Of a stretch of 64,000 nt of DNA, positions 58,196 to 64,000 are shown piece after piece. Origin of the DNA: Candidatus Shapirobacteria bacterium. GTDB taxonomy: Bacteria > Patescibacteriota > Microgenomatia > UM-FILTER-40-11. The DNA is taken from assembly GCA_020059745.1 (NCBI GenBank), contig JAGVBK010000002.1:2414-66413 (forward strand), in the 5' to 3' direction. The notes under the pieces are model-generated. The model searched no databases. It worked only from the letters and a program-made list of their open reading frames with translations, and had not been told where the DNA came from. Position 1 is the stretch's first letter. Each line of letters starts with the position of its first letter. The position numbers were made by a program, and so were the translations under genes.

Positions 58196-59370
58196 TCTGA
58201 TTTTAACTTATGAAAACTTCCCTGGTTTATAGACTCTCTTATCTTTCTTACTAATTTTTCCATAAAACTTAAGTTATGATAAGTCGCCAATTTGTAGGCC
58301 AAAAGCTCGTTTGATTTAAAAAGGTGGTTAAGATATCCTCGGCTGTAATTTCTACATACAGCACAACCACAGTCTTTTTCGAGAGGTTCTTTGCTCGCTT
58401 TAAAAGCCGGTTTAGTTACATCATAAGAATATTTAACTTCATTTTTTGTGTCTTTATAAGGCCGGCAAAGAAGGTGCCCCATCCGTCCCAGCCTGGTTGG
58501 CATTACACAGTCAAAGCTATCAATTCCCCTTTCTACTAAAGCAAAAATATCATCTATCTCGCCCACCCCTAATAAATGCCTTGGTTTTTTATCAGGCAAA
58601 TAAGGCACTGTCCAATCAAGCACCTCCTGCATTTCCTTTTTACTCTCTCCTACCGAAACTCCGCCAATGGCAATTCCAGGAAAATCTAACGAAACAATAT
58701 ATTTAGCCGACTGCTCTCTTAGTTCCCTATAAACACCTCCCTGAATAACACCATATAAAGCCTGGTAGTCCCTACCTACCTTTTTATAAGCCTCAAGGCT
58801 CCTTAAAGCCCAACGATGGGTTCTTTCCATAGCACTCTTTGCATATTCCTTTGTTGCCGGATAATAAGTACATTCATCAAAAGCAATTATTAAGTCCGCT
58901 CCTAAAATTGACTGGGCTTCAATGGAAAACTCAGGGCTAAAGAAATGCTTAGAGCCGTCAAGGTGTGAACGAAAAGAAACCCCGTCTTCGGTTATTTTAA
59001 CCAAAGCCGGCTCAGTTTCTTCATGAATTATCCCCAACCTTCTTTTAGTATTTCTCCTTCCCAAAGAAAAAACCTGAAAACCTCCTGAATCAGTAATTAA
59101 TGGACCCTTCCAGCCGATAAATTCATGCAAACTCCCGAAATTTTTGATCATCTCAAGCCCGGGCCTTAAATAAAGGTGGTAGGTGTTAACAAAAAAAAGC
59201 TGAACCCCAATTTCTTTAAGTTCCCGATTATCGATTGACTTTACCGTTGCCTGGGTACCAACCGGAACAAAAGCCGGTGTTTCTATCTGGCCGTGAAGAG
59301 TTTTTATTATTCCTGTTCTCGCCCTTGAATTTTTATCTTCTTTTAAAACCTCAAAACTGAATTTACCCAT
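58183..59370 (-). CDS. tgt: tRNA-guanine(34) transglycosylase
   Basis: TPAFVPVGT, NTYHL, TDSGGFQVFSL, FDEC, QGG, GIDSFDCV.PTR, CGCAVC..H. Confidence 0.96.
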   Translation of the reverse strand: MGKFSFEVLKEDKNSRARTGIIKTLHGQIETPAFVPVGTQATVKSIDNRELKEIGVQLFFVNTYHLYLRPGLEMIKNFGSLHEFIGWKGPLITDSGGFQVFSLGRRNTKRRLGIIHEETEPALVKITEDGVSFRSHLDGSKHFFSPEFSIEAQSILGADLIIAFDECTYYPATKEYAKSAMERTHRWALRSLEAYKKVGRDYQALYGVIQGGVYRELREQSAKYIVSLDFPGIAIGGVSVGESKKEMQEVLDWTVPYLPDKKPRHLLGVGEIDDIFALVERGIDSFDCVMPTRLGRMGHLLCRPYKDTKNEVKYSYDVTKPAFKASKEPLEKDCGCAVCRNYSRGYLNHLFKSNELLAYKLATYHNLSFMEKLVRKIRESINQGSFHKLKSEWVL

Positions 59371-59439
59371 TAAATTAATTTATGAAAAAAAATGTTAATA
59401 AAACAAGCACAAAAAAAAGAAGAAAAACCAGGCATACAC

Positions 59440-59835
59440 CTATGATACCTTTTGCTTTTTTCTGAAGTCAACGAGAAATAACGCAAATCCTAAGGCAATC
59501 ACTGCGTCAGCCAAATTAAAAGCAGGAAAAAGCCAAAAGCTTAGATAGTCCACAACTCCTCCTCTGATAACCCTATCCAAATAATTTGAAAGCCCTCCGC
59601 CAATAATTAAAACCAGGCTTAAACTCCGGGGAAACTTCTTAATTGAAAAAACAAAGAAAACCGCGATAAAAAAAGGCAGGATAAAAAGAAGCAGTTTAGA
59701 AAAAAACGGATTTTCAAAAAGACCAAAAGAAATGCCTTTGTTAATTAACACCCCTGTTTTTAAGAAAAAAAATTTAGCAAGCTGGTCAAGGACAACAATC
59801 AGAAGAAAAATTACTTGGCCTTTTCTTTTTCGCAT
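59440..59835 (-). CDS. lspA: Signal peptidase II
   Basis: LDQLAK, NKGISFG, GGGLSNYLDR..GGVVDY, FNLAD. Confidence 0.92.
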   Translation of the reverse strand: MRKRKGQVIFLLIVVLDQLAKFFFLKTGVLINKGISFGLFENPFFSKLLLFILPFFIAVFFVFSIKKFPRSLSLVLIIGGGLSNYLDRVIRGGVVDYLSFWLFPAFNLADAVIALGFALFLVDFRKKQKVS

Positions 59836-60173
59836 TTAATGCAAACCGTGGCTTCAGGAAAAACTGTCAAGCGGTCTGTATCAATCATTTTACCGCACTT
59901 CTCACAAACTCCATATTTGCCGATTTTTATTCTTGTTAAAGCTTTTTTGACTTGAACAAGTTTTCTGTCAATTTCTTTTTTTAAGCCTTCAACATTGGCA
60001 TGGCCAAACTGTTCGGAAGCATCAGCGTCAGAAGAAGCATTGTCGAGAATTCTTTTGGGATCCTTAAAAGGATCTTCGCTATCAAGCTCCTTTTTTCTTT
60101 TACTAAGCTTTTCTTCTTCTTTGCTTAAAAATTGCCTTATGGGTTCAATCAATTTTGCCGGAAAAATACTCAT
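59811..60173 (-). CDS. TraR/DksA C4 zinc-finger protein
   Basis: ALTRIKIGKYGVCEKCG..RL..PEATVCIKC. Confidence 0.9.
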   Translation of the reverse strand: MSIFPAKLIEPIRQFLSKEEEKLSKRKKELDSEDPFKDPKRILDNASSDADASEQFGHANVEGLKKEIDRKLVQVKKALTRIKIGKYGVCEKCGKMIDTDRLTVFPEATVCIKCEKEKAK

Positions 60174-60886
60174 ACGCTTTTATTTAATTTAATAAATTTT
60201 AGGTCTTCTTTTATTTTCCTTTCAGAGCGGTGATAAAGAATTACCAAAGATAGTAAACCCAAAACCCCTAATAAACATTTAGAGTATAATCCATGGTTTT
60301 TCAAAAAAGCAAGTATCAAAAAAAAGAAAGACAGCATTAAACTGTAGAAAGAAAAAAGAAACCCGGTTTTGCCGCTTTTATACCAGACAAAAGAACGATA
60401 TCTATTTTTAATAAAAGGAAAGGAAAAAAGCCCGATTATGCCTAAAACCGGATAATAAAGATCAATAAGCAAGCCCGAGCTAAGGAAAAAACCAATTCCG
60501 CCAATAAAAATAGAAACCAGTAAAGGAAGAACGAGGCTGTCCATAATTTCCCAACTATTAATCTTTATTTTTCTGGCACGGGCAAAAGCAGCCAAAAAGG
60601 CGCCGGCAAAAGCACCTTCTAAGGAAAAATTAGCCTCATGGTTTAAAACTAACCAACTAGTTAAAGATATTCCAAAAGTTGGCAAGTTAGCTAAAACAAA
60701 GATAAGCCTTGAGGCAACAACGGCAAAAACAAAAATTAGGATAGTTAAGTTGAAAATTTCATCTTCCCTGACATCTTCTTTCAGGCTTCTCCAAATAAAA
60801 AAAGAAGATAAAAACCCAGCCGCGGCCAGGCCTGTCAAAAAGGGAGTAACCGTAAAATTTCCGACTGAAAATGAAAGATCAGGCAT
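60170..60886 (-). CDS. Divergent prolipoprotein diacylglyceryl transferase (Lgt)-like membrane protein
   Basis: ASRLIFV, FSLEGAFAG, multi-TM; near lspA; ATG 60886. Confidence 0.6.
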   Translation of the reverse strand: MPDLSFSVGNFTVTPFLTGLAAAGFLSSFFIWRSLKEDVREDEIFNLTILIFVFAVVASRLIFVLANLPTFGISLTSWLVLNHEANFSLEGAFAGAFLAAFARARKIKINSWEIMDSLVLPLLVSIFIGGIGFFLSSGLLIDLYYPVLGIIGLFSFPFIKNRYRSFVWYKSGKTGFLFSFYSLMLSFFFLILAFLKNHGLYSKCLLGVLGLLSLVILYHRSERKIKEDLKFIKLNKSV

Positions 60887-60933
60887 GCTTGTTTGTCTTT
60901 GACTTAGCCATTCTATCACAATATACTTTAACC

Positions 60934-61401
60934 ATGTTTTCATTCGCTCATGCTTTTACCGGCGGCACAATTGCCTATGCCGCAGAAAATCCCCTAGTTG
61001 CTCTTCCCCTTGCTCTAACTTCACACTTTGTCCTTGATATGCTTCCCCATTGGAACCCCGATATCCCCAAAGAAAAGAAAAAATTCGGTAAAATCAGTAA
61101 AAAAACCCAGTTTATAATTTTTCTTGATGTTCTCCTGGCGTTAGTTTTAGGTTTATTTATTGCTAGCCTCGCCTACGTAAAATCAGCCCAAACAAGCAGT
61201 TTTGTAAGAATAATTTTAGGGTGTTTTTTCGCAGTACTACCCGACCTTATTGAGGCCCCACTCCTTCTTTTTAATATAAAAGGCGAATTTCCAAAAAGGC
61301 TTCTTAAAATTCAGTCAAAATTGCAGTGGAATATTCCTCTTCCCTGGGGACTTATAACTCAAGTAGTTTTAGTTATTTCTCTTTTTTTAGTTTTCTTCTA
61401 G
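60934..61401 (+). CDS. Membrane-bound metal-dependent hydrolase-like protein
   Basis: AHAFTG, SHFVLDMLPHW, VLPD; ATG 60934. Confidence 0.7.
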   Translation: MFSFAHAFTGGTIAYAAENPLVALPLALTSHFVLDMLPHWNPDIPKEKKKFGKISKKTQFIIFLDVLLALVLGLFIASLAYVKSAQTSSFVRIILGCFFAVLPDLIEAPLLLFNIKGEFPKRLLKIQSKLQWNIPLPWGLITQVVLVISLFLVFF

Positions 61402-61404
61402 TTT

Positions 61405-62493
61405 TTAGGTAGAATTTGGCAGAACCATGGGAACAACAGGAGTTTTATAGCTCGTAACAATTGAAATGATTAAAGCGCTAATCATTATCAAGAAAGGCAG
61501 AATTGCCAAAAAAATGTAAAAAAACTCAATCTTTTTTGAAGGCACAAAGTCTTCGTCGCCTTTTAAGCGGCGCACATGTTCAAAAAGCCTGTAGCAGTAA
61601 ACAAGAACAAAACCTGAAAGAATTATGTTTCCAGTATTGGTTAGCAAGCTCAAAAAGGTATTTTTATTATTTTTCACAATAAGCCCAAGAAGAAAAGAAA
61701 AAATGAAAGAGACAAGAAAGATAGCTGCTTCTGCAAAAATAATTCTGCCTATAACCTTTGCCCTGGCCCTGTTTACATAATAACGGCTTTTAAGCAAGGC
61801 TTTAAGCCCATAAACATCCTCTGTAATGACCACAAAAATGACAAAAGAAAGCGAAAAAGCAATAAATATGCCTGGAAAAATAAAGAAAATAAAGCCTCCA
61901 AAAATTATTAAACCCATCAGCGCTCCTGCCCACCAAACCTTAAAGAATTTTTTACCGGCGGCTTTTAAGTAGTCCATTATCTTTCTTTTTTCGTTGCCGG
62001 AAAGAGCCTCGACAAAAGCAATTATTGAAAGGTAGCTAAAATAAAAAGACAGAATAATGAAAACAGCGACAAGGACAAAAACGATAATCATGTTAGACGA
62101 TGAAAAGCCTGCTCCCCTGTTTATAAAGATTGCTGAAACACCAGCCCCAAAAACCGTAACTAAAAGAAAAATTAAGGCTTGCAATAAAAGAGGAACAAAA
62201 AGTATGCCAAGAAGAGTTGGAAGCTTATCTTTGATTGACAAGAAAGTTTCTTTTAACAAGCTAAAAGGGCCGGGAATTGTCCCCGGATTGTTATTTTCCG
62301 GCCGGGATTGACCCTGGAGCATTGACGAAGAACTCGCAACAGCCGGAGTTTGTGGTTCATTAGCTTTTTTAAAAGCTTCATTAATATCGATTTCTTGCCA
62401 ACCGTTTGCCCTTAAAACTTCCTTTATCTTTCCCCCCCCCACCCCCGAGGTTGTTTGTACTTTAATGTAGTCCATTAATTCTTCAGTAACCAT
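61405..62493 (-). CDS. Hypothetical multi-pass membrane protein
   Basis: N-terminal L.ANGW..DINEAF domain followed by several TM helices. Confidence 0.7.
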   Translation of the reverse strand: MVTEELMDYIKVQTTSGVGGGKIKEVLRANGWQEIDINEAFKKANEPQTPAVASSSSMLQGQSRPENNNPGTIPGPFSLLKETFLSIKDKLPTLLGILFVPLLLQALIFLLVTVFGAGVSAIFINRGAGFSSSNMIIVFVLVAVFIILSFYFSYLSIIAFVEALSGNEKRKIMDYLKAAGKKFFKVWWAGALMGLIIFGGFIFFIFPGIFIAFSLSFVIFVVITEDVYGLKALLKSRYYVNRARAKVIGRIIFAEAAIFLVSFIFSFLLGLIVKNNKNTFLSLLTNTGNIILSGFVLVYCYRLFEHVRRLKGDEDFVPSKKIEFFYIFLAILPFLIMISALIISIVTSYKTPVVPMVLPNST

Positions 62494-62576
62494 TTGATAT
62501 CAAGCATAAAATTAAAAGTAAAATAATGCAATCTTCTCTTCATTCCTAAGGCTTTTTTTGGTAAAATAGCACTATT

Positions 62577-62663
62577 GCCGAGGTGGCGGAATGGTAGACG
62601 CGCAGGTCTCAAAAACCTGTGGGCCTAAAGCTCGTGAGGGTTCGAGTCCCTCTCTCGGCACCA
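62577..62663 (+). tRNA. tRNA-Leu(CAA), CCA encoded
   Basis: GCCGAGGTGGCGGAATGGTAGACGCGCAGGTCT-CAA-AAACCTG..GGTTCGAGTCCCTCTCTCGGCACCA. Confidence 0.96.
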
Positions 62664-62679
62664 AAAGAAAATTCTTCCT

Positions 62680-64000
62680 TTAATACCTTCTTATCAAAGC
62701 ATCTTTTGGATATTCATACTTTTCAATTACTTCTTTATTATTTTCGTTTCTTTTAACAAAAATAATTGTGAACTCATCCGTCCAAACCAAAGCCCACCTT
62801 GAATCATTAAGCCTATTTGAAAGAAAAGCTCTTGCCCAATCAGTCCCGTCTAGCTTGTTAAACACGATAACATTAAAACCCAAATGGTCATCTACTTCTT
62901 GCCATACTTTTTCATTCTCCTGCATGGGAATGTATATTTTTTTAAAAAAATCAGACGGATATGCCTCGGGTCGATTATCCACAAAAACTTTTTCATACGG
63001 ATAAAGATGATAAATCAGGTACCCCCCAATATCATAATTGTTAAAAATCGGGCCAGATATTTCTTCTTTTTTAATAAACTCTGCTGCTGAAACTCCGTTA
63101 CATAATCCAATCCCTGCCCGATACTTAAAAAAAGAAAGCCAATAAGCAGGGTTTGCACAAAAATTAACAAGGACAATCAAAAAAAAGAGCGAATAAACCA
63201 AGAAAAGTGCTGTTATTTTGTCTTTAATTATCTGTTCTTGGCCGGTTAATAACTTTATGTTTTTTGCGGTAGTAACTGTTGCAAATAAACCAAAGATGGC
63301 AAAGTTCCTGGTTGCAGACCAAGCCAAAACTGAGAAAAAGATATAAAAAATTATATTCCTTATTTCAACACTTTTCCTTTTATACATGGGGATAATCCAC
63401 GAAAAAAATGAGGCGGCAAAAACCATTTTAAAAGATAAGGTCATTTTGCCATACCCGAACATGTCATGAACGAAAACAGACACGTTTTCTGAAACTGGAT
63501 AAGAATAATTATCAAAAATATTTAAAGGATAAAGCATTCCCTTTATCCCAGCGGGGTTAACTAAAACAGCGGCTAAGGAAATTAGCCCAATAATTACTAT
63601 ATCTTTAATTGTTTTATTATTAGAACTATTATCTATTTTTCTGGTTTTATTAATAAAACTGCCAATTACTGCTTCCAGCCAAAAAATGCTAAGAATAAAA
63701 AAACCTAAAAAGAAATAAATATGCAAATTTATCCATAAAAGCTCAATAAGAGGAATTAAAAACAGCCATTTTATCTTTAAATTATTAAGTTTATAAGTTA
63801 ATAGTATCCAAAAAATTAAACCTGAAAAAAGATATGAAAAAACTTCAGGACGAACTTCCACCCTACTCAAACTTACGGGAATAAATAAAAGAGAAACCAA
63901 TAAGGCACTAGTAAAATCTGATTCTCTTTTAGCTATTTTAAAAAAAAGATAAAATGTGGAAATATTTAGAAAAATAAAGAAAACTGAAAGTCCGGTAAAC
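62680..64000 (-). CDS. GT-C-like multi-pass membrane protein, 5' end outside window
   Basis: Frame open to the window edge; RPE, LWINLH, NPAG, RNF, FNNYDIGGYLIY..FVDNRPEAY. Confidence 0.7.
   Translation of the reverse strand, partial: FTGLSVFFIFLNISTFYLFFKIAKRESDFTSALLVSLLFIPVSLSRVEVRPEVFSYLFSGLIFWILLTYKLNNLKIKWLFLIPLIELLWINLHIYFFLGFFILSIFWLEAVIGSFINKTRKIDNSSNNKTIKDIVIIGLISLAAVLVNPAGIKGMLYPLNIFDNYSYPVSENVSVFVHDMFGYGKMTLSFKMVFAASFFSWIIPMYKRKSVEIRNIIFYIFFSVLAWSATRNFAIFGLFATVTTAKNIKLLTGQEQIIKDKITALFLVYSLFFLIVLVNFCANPAYWLSFFKYRAGIGLCNGVSAAEFIKKEEISGPIFNNYDIGGYLIYHLYPYEKVFVDNRPEAYPSDFFKKIYIPMQENEKVWQEVDDHLGFNVIVFNKLDGTDWARAFLSNRLNDSRWALVWTDEFTIIFVKRNENNKEVIEKYEYPKDALIRRY

Overview
A gene-dense, AT-rich bacterial chromosome segment. 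Its gene repertoire points to a Patescibacteria/CPR organism, probably Microgenomates-like; this is inferred from a large type IV pilus cluster, truncated trigger factor/PheT/pyruvate kinase, and many -10 boxes directly abutting start codons. Housekeeping content includes rlmN (partial), thrS-infC-rpmI-rplT-pheS-pheT, tyrS, recG-rpmF-nusB-rnc-rpsP-khpA, pilB/T/C/A/D with pilins and pilMNO, gyrB-gyrA, a Xer-like recombinase, yebC, tgt, lspA and five intact tRNAs. The most unusual features are: (1) a tandem cassette array at tRNA-Lys(CTT), in which two small GIY-YIG nuclease genes are each bracketed by duplicated tRNA 5' halves, each half disrupted by a GC-rich palindrome, with no integrase nearby; (2) a tyrS-linked locus with a 30-aa ORF, two radical SAM enzymes and an amidohydrolase; (3) miniature T-box riboswitches before thrS and pheS, the latter lacking an antiterminator; (4) a symmetric dif-like site at the promoter of the Xer recombinase, next to a DnaA-box cluster; (5) several promoter-bounded small RNA or small-protein candidates missing from the ORF track. 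All calls are by eye; no database searches were run.
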